Positions 8,452 through 17,515 of a stretch of 64,000 bases of DNA are shown piece after piece (position 1 is the stretch's first letter; every line of letters begins with the position of its first letter). Origin of the DNA: Capsulimonadaceae bacterium (GTDB lineage Bacteria > Armatimonadota > Armatimonadia > Armatimonadales > Capsulimonadaceae); the NCBI GenBank assembly GCA_965215505.1, contig OZ244065.1, positions 1,920,001-1,984,000 of the forward strand, in the 5' to 3' direction. A model generated the notes under the pieces. That model ran no database searches, was not told where the DNA came from, and saw nothing but the letters and a program-made list of their open reading frames with translations. The position numbers and the translations under genes were made by a program.

Positions 8452-9624
8452 TCAGGAGGTCGTGTCCGCCACGTCCACGACTTCCACGGTTTCGACCACG
8501 ACCGGGCCGACGGGGGTTTCTACGACCTCCACGGTGTCCAGCACGATGGTCTGCGGGGCGGGAGCATCGCTGTCGGCGGGGGGCACGGGGGCCGTGCTGG
8601 AAGGATTGGTGTAGGAGAGCAGTTCGGCGTCGTTCCTGCGCTCGTACCAGGAGTAGAGCGCCAGGCCCGCGCCGAGCAGCACGGCCCCGGTGAGGGTGCG
8701 GTGGAAGGCGCTGAAGGTGTACAGGCTGGTTTCACGCGTGTGGCCGGGGTAATTGCCGCGCTCGGCCAGGTTGTTTGAGGGGGCGTCCAGGGCGTTCTTC
8801 TGGCTTGGGGCTTCCTGCTTCAGCTTGGACTGGGGCACCATGACCTTCCGCATGAAGGCGTCAGAGAGGGCGGGGTTCAGGACACCCGTGAGCGCGATGC
8901 CGCGCCCGCCGCCGCCAACGAAGACCTCGCGCATGGGCTTCTGGGCGGACCGGAGGATGGCGCGGGCGACCACCTCGGGGGCATAGGCGGGGGACGGGTG
9001 GCGGGCCTCGGCGTCCATGTAGTTCTTGGCGTTCAGGGGGTACGGGGTGTCAATGGGGCCGGGCTTGATGAGGGTGACGGAGACGGGGGCCTTGTCGAGC
9101 GCAAGCTCCATCCGCAGGGCGTCGGTGAAGCCCTTGACGGCGTGTTTGGTGGCGCTGTAGCTGCCCTGCAAGATGGCGGCCCGCTCGGAGAGGGTGCTGC
9201 CGATGTTGATGAGCGCCCCGCCGCGCGTCTTCAGGTGTTCGACGGCCTCCAGGGAGCCGTAGACGACACCCCAGTAGTTGGTCTCGAACTGGTGGCGCAT
9301 GTCCTCGACGGGGGTGTCCACGACCTTGCCGTAGATGGAGACGCCGGCGTCGTTGATCCAGGTGTCGAAGCCGCCGAAGCGGGCGACGGCGAGCGCGGCG
9401 ATGGCGCGGACCTGGTCGCGGACGCCGACGTCGGCGACGATGTAGGCGGCCTTGCCGCCGGCCTTGGTGATCTCCTCGGCGAGCTGCATCAGCGGCCCCT
9501 CGCTGCGGGCGGCCAGGACGAGCTTGGCCCCGGCCTTGGCGGCGAGCCGGGCGGTGACCAGTCCGATGCCGGAGGAGGCTCCGGTGATGACGATCACCTG
9601 GTTTTTGAGTTTCTTCAGTTTCAT
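8452..9624 (-). CDS. SDR family oxidoreductase with C-terminal TM segment
   Basis: TGASSGIG cofactor motif; YSATK catalytic motif. Confidence 0.9.
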   Translation of the reverse strand: MKLKKLKNQVIVITGASSGIGLVTARLAAKAGAKLVLAARSEGPLMQLAEEITKAGGKAAYIVADVGVRDQVRAIAALAVARFGGFDTWINDAGVSIYGKVVDTPVEDMRHQFETNYWGVVYGSLEAVEHLKTRGGALINIGSTLSERAAILQGSYSATKHAVKGFTDALRMELALDKAPVSVTLIKPGPIDTPYPLNAKNYMDAEARHPSPAYAPEVVARAILRSAQKPMREVFVGGGGRGIALTGVLNPALSDAFMRKVMVPQSKLKQEAPSQKNALDAPSNNLAERGNYPGHTRETSLYTFSAFHRTLTGAVLLGAGLALYSWYERRNDAELLSYTNPSSTAPVPPADSDAPAPQTIVLDTVEVVETPVGPVVVETVEVVDVADTTS

Positions 9625-9717
9625 TGCGGTTGCCCTTGGTGTTTCAGCTTGGCCTTTCAGGATGTTATGCCTTTGCGGCTTTAGGGGCTTCTACCCCGGA
9701 GGGAGGGGTGGCAAACG

Positions 9718-9767
9718 GGGACCTCTCCCCGCGACAAGTCGCGACCCTCCCCTGTTAAGGGAGGGTC
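9718..9767 (+). repeat. Double-hairpin REP-like element, family B
   Basis: GGGACCTCTCCCCGCGACAAGTCGCGACCCTCCCCTGTTAAGGGAGGGTC. Confidence 0.85.
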
Positions 9768-9790
9768 AAGCGCCGCACATGGCCGTTGCG

Positions 9791-10039
9791 TTACTGCAAC
9801 TGGCGGTAGGATCGTTCGCGCAGCCACTCCGTTAATGCTGCGAGGCTGGTATGCTGGTCCACCTCTTGCGCTGTGACCCGGAAATTGTCGTGGAAATAGA
9901 ACTTCTGGTCGTATTTCCCTTCGGTATTGCTTAGGGTACAGACGTTGACGCTTTGGGTGTCCTTCTTATTGAATACCTTGATGCGCCGTCCCTGAACCTT
10001 CACCCAACTCGTCCTTGGGGTCTGTGATAAAATCGCCAT
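9791..10039 (-). CDS. Hypothetical protein (82 aa), low-GC islet
   Basis: AGGAGG RBS before ATG at 10039 (MAILSQTP...). Confidence 0.6.
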   Translation of the reverse strand: MAILSQTPRTSWVKVQGRRIKVFNKKDTQSVNVCTLSNTEGKYDQKFYFHDNFRVTAQEVDQHTSLAALTEWLRERSYRQLQ

Positions 10040-10073
10040 TAGTTCTCCTCCTATGGATGTGTGCCGCCGCATA

Positions 10074-10568
10074 TTATGCGGCGGACTGAAGCCACGCCTG
10101 CGCCACTTCTTTTGACATGCAGTAGTAGTATTGGGCGTCGTTGTTGACCGCCCAATGATGTTCGACTGGCCAGAACGTGCTTTTGATGGGAACGCCGAAG
10201 TCACGCTTGATCACTTTGGTAAGAGAACCGAGGCTGCTACCGGCCGGGCGGGATTCGGTGAAGCCTGCGGCGGTGTAGATCTCCTTGAAGGAGATCCACT
10301 CACCGGGACGTGCTGCGGTCATATCCAGCAGCTTGAGGCCGATGGGGAGCTTCAGCCCTTTTCTGAGTATCCTCATGTTGTTGATCTGCGTCCAGTCAAT
10401 GGACTGAGGCTCGTGTTCTGCTCCTGCCGTTTGTGTTCCTGCCATTTCTACGGGAACAGTGGCCGCCGATTCCATTGCCTTCGCCAAGGCTTGGATGACG
10501 AGCGGCAAAAATCGCTTCGGCAGGGGGAAGCTGATGATTTCATCATCGAGAAGGCTGGTTGTACTCAT
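10074..10568 (-). CDS. Hypothetical protein, possible winged-helix domain, low-GC islet
   Basis: ORF with AGGAG RBS; LLDMTAARPGEWISFKEI...YYCMSKEVA pattern resembles a wHTH. Confidence 0.6.
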   Translation of the reverse strand: MSTTSLLDDEIISFPLPKRFLPLVIQALAKAMESAATVPVEMAGTQTAGAEHEPQSIDWTQINNMRILRKGLKLPIGLKLLDMTAARPGEWISFKEIYTAAGFTESRPAGSSLGSLTKVIKRDFGVPIKSTFWPVEHHWAVNNDAQYYYCMSKEVAQAWLQSAA

Positions 10569-10605
10569 TTGTGCTTGTTTCTCCTATAGAAGTCTTTATA
10601 TAAGC

Positions 10606-10635
10606 ATTATACACTATTTTTAGCTCTTTAAGCAA
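10606..10635 (-). promoter_or_regulatory. sigma70-type promoter in AT-rich tract
   Basis: TTGCTT-18-TATAAT on minus strand. Confidence 0.5.
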
Positions 10636-10871
10636 TACTATAAGGAAATTTGTTATAATTATCTATTTTAAGCGTTTGGTTTGTGTTTCTGTTTATGGAA
10701 GTCGTTTCTGCTGGTTCGGAGTTGGCGAAGATAGAAAGTTCTCTTAGCCCCCAATGATAGGAGGGAGCAGGAGGGGTTCACTTCAGAGGGCACACTAGAT
10801 AACGCCTATACAGAACAGAACGCCTCTCATCGCCCTCAAAGATTGAGGGGCATAGGGATCATCTGCGACTG

Positions 10872-11564
10872 TTACTGCGGGACAGTGGGGGCGACGTAGC
10901 GGAGCATGACGACATAGTGGCAGGCGCTTCCGGCGAGGACGAAGAGGTGCCAGAGGTCGTGGGCATTGAAGCGGCCGGGCCAGAGGTGGGGGCGGTCGGC
11001 GGCGAAGACCAGTCCGCCAGCGGTGTAGAGGAGGCCGCCGGCGAGGAGCCAGCCGAAGCCTTCGGGGGTGAGGGCGTGCCGGAGGGGACCGGCGGCGAGG
11101 AGGGCGAGCCAGCCGATGACGGCGTAGAGGAGGACGCGCGCCCAGTCGGGGAGGCCATGCCGGGGGCGGCTGCCAAGGATGCCGAATGCCGCGAGGGCGA
11201 CGACGGTGGTGCCCAGCCCCCAGCCCCAGGGGCCACGCAGGCTGACGAGGCAAAGGGGGGCGTAGGTGCCGACGAGGAACAGGAAGATGGCGATGTGGTC
11301 CACGCGCTGCCAGCGGTCGAGTTCTTCTTCAGGCCGCCAGAGGGAGTGATAGAGGGCGCTGACAGCGTAGAGGAAGGTGAGACTCAGGCCGTAGAGGGCG
11401 AGGCCGACGGTGCGGCTCGGGTCGCCGTGGGCGCGGAGCAAGAGGGCGAGGAGGCCGAGGAAGGCGAGACACGCGCCGAGGCCGTGGGAGAGGCCACAGA
11501 AGGGTTCGCGGATGAAGAAGCGGCGGCTTGCGGGGGCGGCGTCGGTGGTGATGGGGTCGGTCAC
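10872..11564 (-). CDS. Hemolysin III / PAQR family membrane protein
   Basis: SH, SALYH, DHIAIF and HDLWHLFVL motifs; about 7 TM. Confidence 0.9.
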   Translation of the reverse strand: MTDPITTDAAPASRRFFIREPFCGLSHGLGACLAFLGLLALLLRAHGDPSRTVGLALYGLSLTFLYAVSALYHSLWRPEEELDRWQRVDHIAIFLFLVGTYAPLCLVSLRGPWGWGLGTTVVALAAFGILGSRPRHGLPDWARVLLYAVIGWLALLAAGPLRHALTPEGFGWLLAGGLLYTAGGLVFAADRPHLWPGRFNAHDLWHLFVLAGSACHYVVMLRYVAPTVPQ

Positions 11565-11630
11565 GGGTTATGGAGGCCCTTCCTGGAGCCGTGGGTTAGG
11601 ATACCCGATAATGGGGGAGAGGAACCGGGC

Positions 11631-11678
11631 GGACCTAACCCCGCGACAAGTCGCGACCCTTCCCTTTTAGGGCAGGGT
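11631..11678 (+). repeat. Double-hairpin REP-like element, family B
   Basis: GGACCTAACCCCGCGACAAGTCGCGACCCTTCCCTTTTAGGGCAGGGT. Confidence 0.85.
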
Positions 11679-11744
11679 GAAGAGGGGCGAAGGGAACGGG
11701 CGGCGGGGAGAGGGCGTTGGGGAGAAAGAAGGCGGGAGCATCAG

Positions 11745-12944
11745 ATGACTGAGTTCATGTTTGCGACGGGGATCGAGAACAGCTATCCGACGATCCGGCT
11801 GCCGGATGGGCGGACGCATCGGGTGGACGAGATGGCGAAGTGCGGGCACTATGCGCGCTGGCGGGATGACTTCCGGCTGGCGCGGGAGTTGGACATCGAG
11901 TTCCTGCGGTACGGGCCGCCGCTGTTCTCGGCGCACGCGGGGCCGGGGCGGTACGACTGGGACTTCACGGATGAGACGTTCGGGGCGCTACGGGGGATGG
12001 GGATCACGCCCATCGTTGACCTGTGCCATTTCGGGGTGCCGGACTGGGTGGGCGGGTTCGACAACCCGGACTGGCCCGCGCTGTTCGCCGAGTACGCGCG
12101 GGCCTTCGCGGTGCGGTTCCCGTGGGTGCGGTACTACACGCCGGTGAACGAGATCTTCGTGGCGGCGACGTTCTCGGGGCAGCTCGGGTGGTGGAACGAG
12201 CGGGGGGCGACGGACCGGGGGTTTGTCACGGCATTAGGGAACCTGTGCCGGGCGAACACATTGGCGATGCGGGCGATTCTGGAGGTGCGTCCCGACGCGG
12301 TGTTCATCCAGAGCGAGTCGTCGGAGTATTTCCATGCGGCGGCCCCGGACGTGCTGGCGGCGGCGAACGTGCTGAACGAGAAGCGGTTCTTGTCGCTGGA
12401 CCTGACGTATGGGCGTCCGGTGAACGCGGTCATGTACGAGTACCTGATGGACAACGGCATGACGCGGGCGGAGTACCACTGGTTTCTGGAGAACCAGGTC
12501 AAGGCGAACTGCGTGATGGGGACGGACTATTACGTCACCAATGAACACCTGGTCCACGCGGACGGGAGCGTAACGCCTTCGGGGGAGATCTTGGGCTACT
12601 ACGTCATTACGACGCAGTATTACAAGCGCTACCACCTGCCGGTGATGCACACGGAGACGAACCTCGCGGACGCGGACCACTCGTGGGACTGGCTATGGAA
12701 GCAGTGGATGAACCTGTTCCGTCTGCGCCAGGACGGGGTGCCGATTCTGGGGTTCACCTGGTACAGCCTGACGGACCAGGTGGATTGGGACACGGCCCTG
12801 CGCGAAGACAATGGGCACGTCGCGCCGGTGGGGTTGTGCGACATGGACCGGAACGTGCGCCGGGTGGGGCTGGAATACAAGAAGCTGATCGGCCAGTGGA
12901 AGGACATGCTGCCGACGGGGAGCGAGAGTCTGGGGCGGCGGTGA
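11745..12944 (+). CDS. Glycoside hydrolase family 1-like beta-glycosidase
   Basis: FMFATGIE, VDLCHFG, TPVNE (acid/base), HTETN (nucleophile), GFTWYSLTDQVDW; start at MTEFMF. Confidence 0.85.
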   Translation: MTEFMFATGIENSYPTIRLPDGRTHRVDEMAKCGHYARWRDDFRLARELDIEFLRYGPPLFSAHAGPGRYDWDFTDETFGALRGMGITPIVDLCHFGVPDWVGGFDNPDWPALFAEYARAFAVRFPWVRYYTPVNEIFVAATFSGQLGWWNERGATDRGFVTALGNLCRANTLAMRAILEVRPDAVFIQSESSEYFHAAAPDVLAAANVLNEKRFLSLDLTYGRPVNAVMYEYLMDNGMTRAEYHWFLENQVKANCVMGTDYYVTNEHLVHADGSVTPSGEILGYYVITTQYYKRYHLPVMHTETNLADADHSWDWLWKQWMNLFRLRQDGVPILGFTWYSLTDQVDWDTALREDNGHVAPVGLCDMDRNVRRVGLEYKKLIGQWKDMLPTGSESLGRR

Positions 12945-12975
12945 GGCGCGGGCGGCATCACGGGGAAGGGACACG

Positions 12976-13047
12976 GATGATGAAAGAGGGACGGATGACG
13001 AAAGAGGGCGCGATGACGCAAGAGGGCGCGATGAATCGCGCCCCTAC
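12976..13047. repeat. Three degenerate 18-bp tandem units ending in a family A REP
   Basis: GATGA recurs at 12976, 12994, 13012 and 13030; ends with GGGCGCGATGAATCGCGCCCCTAC. Confidence 0.8.
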
Positions 13048-13077
13048 CAGGAGAGCGCGGGAGGGCAGGCAGCGAGA

Positions 13078-13701
13078 ATGGGCAAGGAACGGCTGGCGGC
13101 ATTTAGTGACGGGGTGCTGGCGATCATCATCACGATCATGGTGCTGGAACTGAAGGTGCCGCACGGGAATGGATGGGCCGCCCTGCGCCCGCTGGTGCCG
13201 GCGCTCCTGAGCTACGTTCTGAGCTTCGTCTATATCGGCATCTACTGGAACAACCATCACCACCTGCTGGCGGTGACGGAGCGGGTGAGCGGATCTATCT
13301 TGTGGGCCAACACGCACCTGCTGTTCTGGCTGTCCCTGGTGCCGTTCGCGACTGTCTGGGTGGGGGAGAACCGGGCCGCGCCGGTGCCGACGGCGGCTTA
13401 TGGGGTGGTGCTGCTGGCGGCCTCGCTGGCATATTGGCTGCTCCAAAGGACGATCCTGGCGGTGCAGGGGGCGGACTCGCGGCTGGCGTCGGCGGTGGGG
13501 AGGGACCTCAAGGGGAAGCTGTCGCCGGTCTTCTACACGCTCGCCATTGCACTGGCGTTCGTGCGGCCCTGGCTGGCGGACGGGGTGTATGTGCTGGTGG
13601 CCTTGCTGTGGCTGATCCCGGACCGGCGCATCGAGCGGGTGGTGTCAGAGGCGGAAGGCGAGGAGAACCGCCCAGCAGAGGGGTCATCAGGGGCGGTTTG
13701 A
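13078..13701 (+). CDS. TMEM175 family (DUF1211) potassium channel
   Basis: RLAAFSDGVLAIIITIMVLEL signature; WNNHH. Confidence 0.9.
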   Translation: MGKERLAAFSDGVLAIIITIMVLELKVPHGNGWAALRPLVPALLSYVLSFVYIGIYWNNHHHLLAVTERVSGSILWANTHLLFWLSLVPFATVWVGENRAAPVPTAAYGVVLLAASLAYWLLQRTILAVQGADSRLASAVGRDLKGKLSPVFYTLAIALAFVRPWLADGVYVLVALLWLIPDRRIERVVSEAEGEENRPAEGSSGAV

Positions 13702-13736
13702 GCAACCCTTACGAAAACCTTGGGGGCTGGTCAGCC

Positions 13737-14150
13737 TCAGCCCTCGGGGACAGGATACTCCCCGTCCACTAAATCAATTAGATCAATCCGCTGCCCACAG
13801 GTCAGATGCCTACCACCGGCCCAACGATCAGGATCTTTGATTAAGAATGTGTACCCGCAGAAGGGGCAATCAATGATCGTTCCTTGGCGTGGGACAACGC
13901 TCATCGGAGGGTTGTGGCCTGCCGGCCACCAGGACTCCTTGCGAAGCCACTCCACACGCGCTCTAGCCTCTTTCTCTGCCGTCTCCGCTGTGTCATACAA
14001 GCCTGTACCCGTGGCGTATGGCTCCCTTGTATACGCTAGCGGGTTCCCTGTCATGACTTCTTGAGCGAAGAAAAAGAGGCTATCATCCCGCTGACAAATG
14101 AGGACGCGATGCGTCTGAGCGGCATTCACGATTTCTTTTATCTGGCACAT
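13737..14150 (-). CDS. Hypothetical protein with C-terminal Zn-ribbon-like motif
   Basis: ATG immediately after the ispA stop; CPFC...HLTC; lower GC. Confidence 0.55.
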   Translation of the reverse strand: MCQIKEIVNAAQTHRVLICQRDDSLFFFAQEVMTGNPLAYTREPYATGTGLYDTAETAEKEARARVEWLRKESWWPAGHNPPMSVVPRQGTIIDCPFCGYTFLIKDPDRWAGGRHLTCGQRIDLIDLVDGEYPVPEG

Positions 14151-14151
14151 A

Positions 14152-15057
14152 TCAGCTGTCGCGCTCGACGATGTAGTGGGCGAGGGCGCGCAGGGGGTCG
14201 GCGTCACTGTCGAAGCCGCCGAGGGCGGCGAGGGCGGCATCGCAGGCGCGGCGGGCGAGGGCGCGGGAGGCGGGGATGCCCAGCACCTTGGGGTAGGTGG
14301 CTTTGTCCTGTTTGAGATCGCTGCCCAAAGGCTTGCCGAGCTTGGCAGCGTCGCCTTCGAGGTCCAGGATGTCGTCGGTGATCTGGAAGGCCAGCCCAGT
14401 CTGGGCGCCGTAGGTGTGCAGGGCGCGTTCCTGGGCGGGTGTCGCGCCGCACAGCCGGGCACCGGCGAGCAGGGAGGCCAGCAGGAGTGCGCCGGTCTTG
14501 CGGGCGTGGATGGAGGCGACGGTGGCCTCGTCGAGATCGCCCAAGCCCTCGCTCTCGATGTCGGAGACCTGGCCGCCGACCATGCCGCGCGTCCCGGAGG
14601 CGCGGGCGACCATGGCGACGGCATCCAGAACGCGGTCGGCGGGGACATGGACGCGGCATTCGGCGATGAGGTCGAAGGCGAGGGCGAGCAGGGCGTCGCC
14701 CGCCAGGATGGCCAAGGCCTCGCCGTAGACGACGTGGGAGGTGGGGCTGCCGCGCCGCAGGTCGTCGTCGTCAATGGCGGGCAGGTCGTCGTGGATGAGC
14801 GAGAAGGTGTGGATGCACTCGACGGCGCAGGCGAGGGGCGTGACCCATTCCAACGGGCCGCCTACGGCCTCGGCCCCGGCATAGGCGAGGATGGGGCGGA
14901 GGCGCTTACCCCCGCAGAAGAGGGAGTACCGCATGGCTTCGTGCAGGCGCGGCGGCAGGCTGCCTATGGGGGGCAAATAGATGTCCAGGGCGCGGTCGGT
15001 GAGGGCGCGTCGCTCGGCGAGGTAGGCGGGGAGGTCGAAAGACTTGGCGAAGGTCAT
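14152..15057 (-). CDS. ispA: Polyprenyl (farnesyl/geranylgeranyl) diphosphate synthase
   Basis: GGKRLRP, SLIHDDLPAIDDDDLRRG, GQ..D, KTG, FQITDDILD. Confidence 0.92.
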   Translation of the reverse strand: MTFAKSFDLPAYLAERRALTDRALDIYLPPIGSLPPRLHEAMRYSLFCGGKRLRPILAYAGAEAVGGPLEWVTPLACAVECIHTFSLIHDDLPAIDDDDLRRGSPTSHVVYGEALAILAGDALLALAFDLIAECRVHVPADRVLDAVAMVARASGTRGMVGGQVSDIESEGLGDLDEATVASIHARKTGALLLASLLAGARLCGATPAQERALHTYGAQTGLAFQITDDILDLEGDAAKLGKPLGSDLKQDKATYPKVLGIPASRALARRACDAALAALGGFDSDADPLRALAHYIVERDS

Positions 15058-15941
15058 CGGGAGGCCCCGGACCTTTCAGCCGCCTCCTGGGCGGCGGTGA
15101 GGGTGTTACGCATCAGCATGGCGATGGTCATGGGGCCGACACCGCCGGGCACGGGGGTGAGGGCGGAGGCGACTCCGAAAGCACCCGCGTAGTCCACATC
15201 GCCGACGTCGTGGCTGCGGCCCTCGACGCGGTTGTACCCGGCATCGAGGACGACCGCGCCGGGCTTGATCATGTCCCGCGTGATCATCTCGGCGCGGCCC
15301 ACGGCGGCGCAGAGGATGTCGGCCTGACGGGTGATCTCGGCGAGGTTTGGGGTGCGGGAGTGGCAGATCGTGACGGTGGCGTTCTCCTGCAAAAGCAGCA
15401 GGACGAGGGGCTTGCCGAGGATGACGCTGCGCCCGACGACGACGGCGTGTTTGCCGGCGATGGGCAGATGATAACGCTTCATCAGCTCGATCATGCCGGC
15501 GGGGGTGCAGGCGTGGAAGGCGGGCAGGCCGGCCACGAGTCGGCCCAGCGAAATGGGCGCGATGCCATCCACGTCCTTGGCGGGGTCCATCATGGAAAGA
15601 ATGGCCGGCTCGTCCATGTGCTTCGGCAGGGGATGCTGGACGAGGATGCCGTGTACGGACGGGTCGGCGTTGAGCATGGCGAGGCAGTCGGCGACCTCGG
15701 CCTGGGAGGCGTCCTTGGTGAACGGATAGGTGCGCGACCCGATGCCGGCGCGGGCGCAGGCGCGCTCCTTCATGGCGACATAGGTGGCCGAGGCGGGGTC
15801 ATCGCCCGCGAGGATGGCGGCTAATGTCGGGACGATGCCGGTCTCGGCGGTGAGACGTTTGGCGGCGGTGCCGACCTCGGCGCGGATGGTCTTGGCGGTG
15901 GCGGTGCCGTCCAGGATGATTGGCGTGTTGGGTGTGGTCAT
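15054..15941 (-). CDS. folD: Bifunctional methylenetetrahydrofolate dehydrogenase/cyclohydrolase
   Basis: GILVQHPLP, KDVDG, CTPAG, GRS..LGKP, TPVPGGVGPMT. Confidence 0.95.
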   Translation of the reverse strand: MTTPNTPIILDGTATAKTIRAEVGTAAKRLTAETGIVPTLAAILAGDDPASATYVAMKERACARAGIGSRTYPFTKDASQAEVADCLAMLNADPSVHGILVQHPLPKHMDEPAILSMMDPAKDVDGIAPISLGRLVAGLPAFHACTPAGMIELMKRYHLPIAGKHAVVVGRSVILGKPLVLLLLQENATVTICHSRTPNLAEITRQADILCAAVGRAEMITRDMIKPGAVVLDAGYNRVEGRSHDVGDVDYAGAFGVASALTPVPGGVGPMTIAMLMRNTLTAAQEAAERSGASR

Positions 15942-15975
15942 GGTGTTTGGCAGATGATAAAGATTACCAGGGACG

Positions 15976-16092
15976 CCACGGGTTGAAACCCGAGGCACCG
16001 AAAAGCCCGCCGTCCAGGGGACGCGAGATGGGACCGGATAGGAAAGCAAGACGCAAGATAAGGAACGGAGGGCGGGGGGACCCCGCCCCTAC
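15976..16092. repeat. Composite (BIME-like) repeat: family C hairpin + GTCCAGGGGAC + family A REP
   Basis: CCACGGGTTGAAACCCGAGGC...GTCCAGGGGAC...GGCGGGGGGACCCCGCCCCTAC; same order at 20405-20522. Confidence 0.75.
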
Positions 16093-16105
16093 GGAACCAC
16101 GGCAT

Positions 16106-16669
16106 TCAGAAGATGCGCTGCGGCGGGGGCGGCCATGTCTCAGGAACGGATGGGAGGATGGGCGCTGCGCCGTCCAGGGCGCTGTGGCGGTAAGCCTGTG
16201 CCGTTTCCAGGAAGGCTTGCGCCTGCTCCGGGGTCGGGAAGGCGCGCTTGGGGACCAGGAACCCATAGCGTGGGCCGAGGAAGAGCGCGATCACCTGCGG
16301 ACTCTGGGCGATCTCGGTGACGTTCTGCCACTTGACCCGCGCCTCCAGGACGGAGGTCTGCTCGCGCAGACCGTCGGGCTGAAGGGAAAGGGTGTGCAGC
16401 CCGATCGCCCCCGGCCGTGCCTCCGTCAGAGCGATGATCGCGCGCCTCTGCGACCAGAGGAGGAAGGCGGTCCAGAGGACGGTCGCGCTGAAGAGGAGCA
16501 GCACATAGTACAAAAGAGGCATGTGCAGAAACCTCAACTCCACGGCGAGGATCGCCGGCAGGATCAGGAAGCGCACGAGTGCCTGCCGCTTCAGGGCGGG
16601 GACGCGGCCGATGACAAACCGGTTGTATCGCAGGTAGTCTTCCCGCTCTAGCTGGTAGGTTACTTCCAT
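16106..16669 (-). CDS. YcxB family membrane protein
   Basis: Two TMs followed by W..V.EI...LVPKRAF motif. Confidence 0.75.
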   Translation of the reverse strand: MEVTYQLEREDYLRYNRFVIGRVPALKRQALVRFLILPAILAVELRFLHMPLLYYVLLLFSATVLWTAFLLWSQRRAIIALTEARPGAIGLHTLSLQPDGLREQTSVLEARVKWQNVTEIAQSPQVIALFLGPRYGFLVPKRAFPTPEQAQAFLETAQAYRHSALDGAAPILPSVPETWPPPPQRIF

Positions 16670-16705
16670 CGCATCGTCCTGACGTTGGTTTGCTGACGGT
16701 GATAG

Positions 16706-17059
16706 TCAGACAAGTGACGGCTCCTGCGCGTGTGCCGCTTTGAGTCCCGAGGCATTGCGGAAACCGTTCCAGCCCGTGACCGCGACCCAATTCTGGCTGT
16801 CCTCATCAAAACGGATCACACCTCGGAAGAGCAGCGGGTCAGGGCTGCCCTCATCGTCCCCATCGTCCGTCCAGAAGTCCATCACAAGGCCAGGAGTCAG
16901 TGAATGGCCTAGCTGCCGCAGGTCGCTCTCCGTAGCATGAGAATTGAGCGGGATGATGTAATCGTCCCCCACCCTCCAGCCTGCGTTTAGGTCGGCGTAT
17001 ACGCGCGGCTTGTCTAGTAGATGTTGGCAGTTTAGTCGGATGGACGTCAAGGTTTCCAT
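16706..17059 (-). CDS. Hypothetical acidic protein, putative immunity protein
   Basis: Directly downstream of the toxin-like ORF; acidic patch WTDDGDDEG; GAGGAG RBS. Confidence 0.55.
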   Translation of the reverse strand: METLTSIRLNCQHLLDKPRVYADLNAGWRVGDDYIIPLNSHATESDLRQLGHSLTPGLVMDFWTDDGDDEGSPDPLLFRGVIRFDEDSQNWVAVTGWNGFRNASGLKAAHAQEPSLV

Positions 17060-17089
17060 GTTGTTAGCCCTCTCCTCTATCTTACTCCT

Positions 17090-17428
17090 CTATCTTACCC
17101 GGCTTGGGTTGATAACCGGCGGACTCAGCAGGCCGTGTGCGGCCTGAGCGGAACTACCCCCGACCAAGCAATGGTATGGCCTGTGGAGGCTGGGATCGGG
17201 CCGCACTTCTCCACCGGCGGCGCGGACGGCTCCGACCGTCGTGACCCCGACCAGGCGGTTGGGCAAACCGGTGGGAAGCTCCGCCACGGTTTTACCCGGC
17301 GCGCTGTTGACTGACACGCCTTGCAGATTGCCTGCGCCATCTGTCGTGACGCCGCTTCCGATCTCCAGCAACTCGACCGAGTTAAGACCGCCGCGGACAA
17401 CGAGCGCGTCATCAGGAAGTGGGGGCAT
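17090..17428 (-). CDS. Small toxin-like protein (possible ADP-ribosyltransferase-like fold, R-S-H pattern)
   Basis: VVRGG...GVSV...PYHC pattern recalls C-terminal domains of RHS-type proteins; fold assignment is inference. Confidence 0.5.
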   Translation of the reverse strand: MPPLPDDALVVRGGLNSVELLEIGSGVTTDGAGNLQGVSVNSAPGKTVAELPTGLPNRLVGVTTVGAVRAAGGEVRPDPSLHRPYHCLVGGSSAQAAHGLLSPPVINPSRVR

Positions 17429-17515
17429 CGACTACTCCCTGTAAATCAGGTAAAAGGCCGACTGAGGCTGTACCATGTTTCCTGCGGCGGACCATCGTCA
17501 AGCCTCTTTCGCGTC

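Noticed and set aside
10917-11744. N-terminal extension of the 675-aa ORF containing the GH1 domain
   Set aside because: It is antisense to the hemolysin III gene and runs through a repeat; the GH1-like sequence and RBS point to a start at 11745.
5741-13047. Tandem repeats as CRISPR arrays
   Set aside because: Units are contiguous with no unique spacers, and no cas genes are present.
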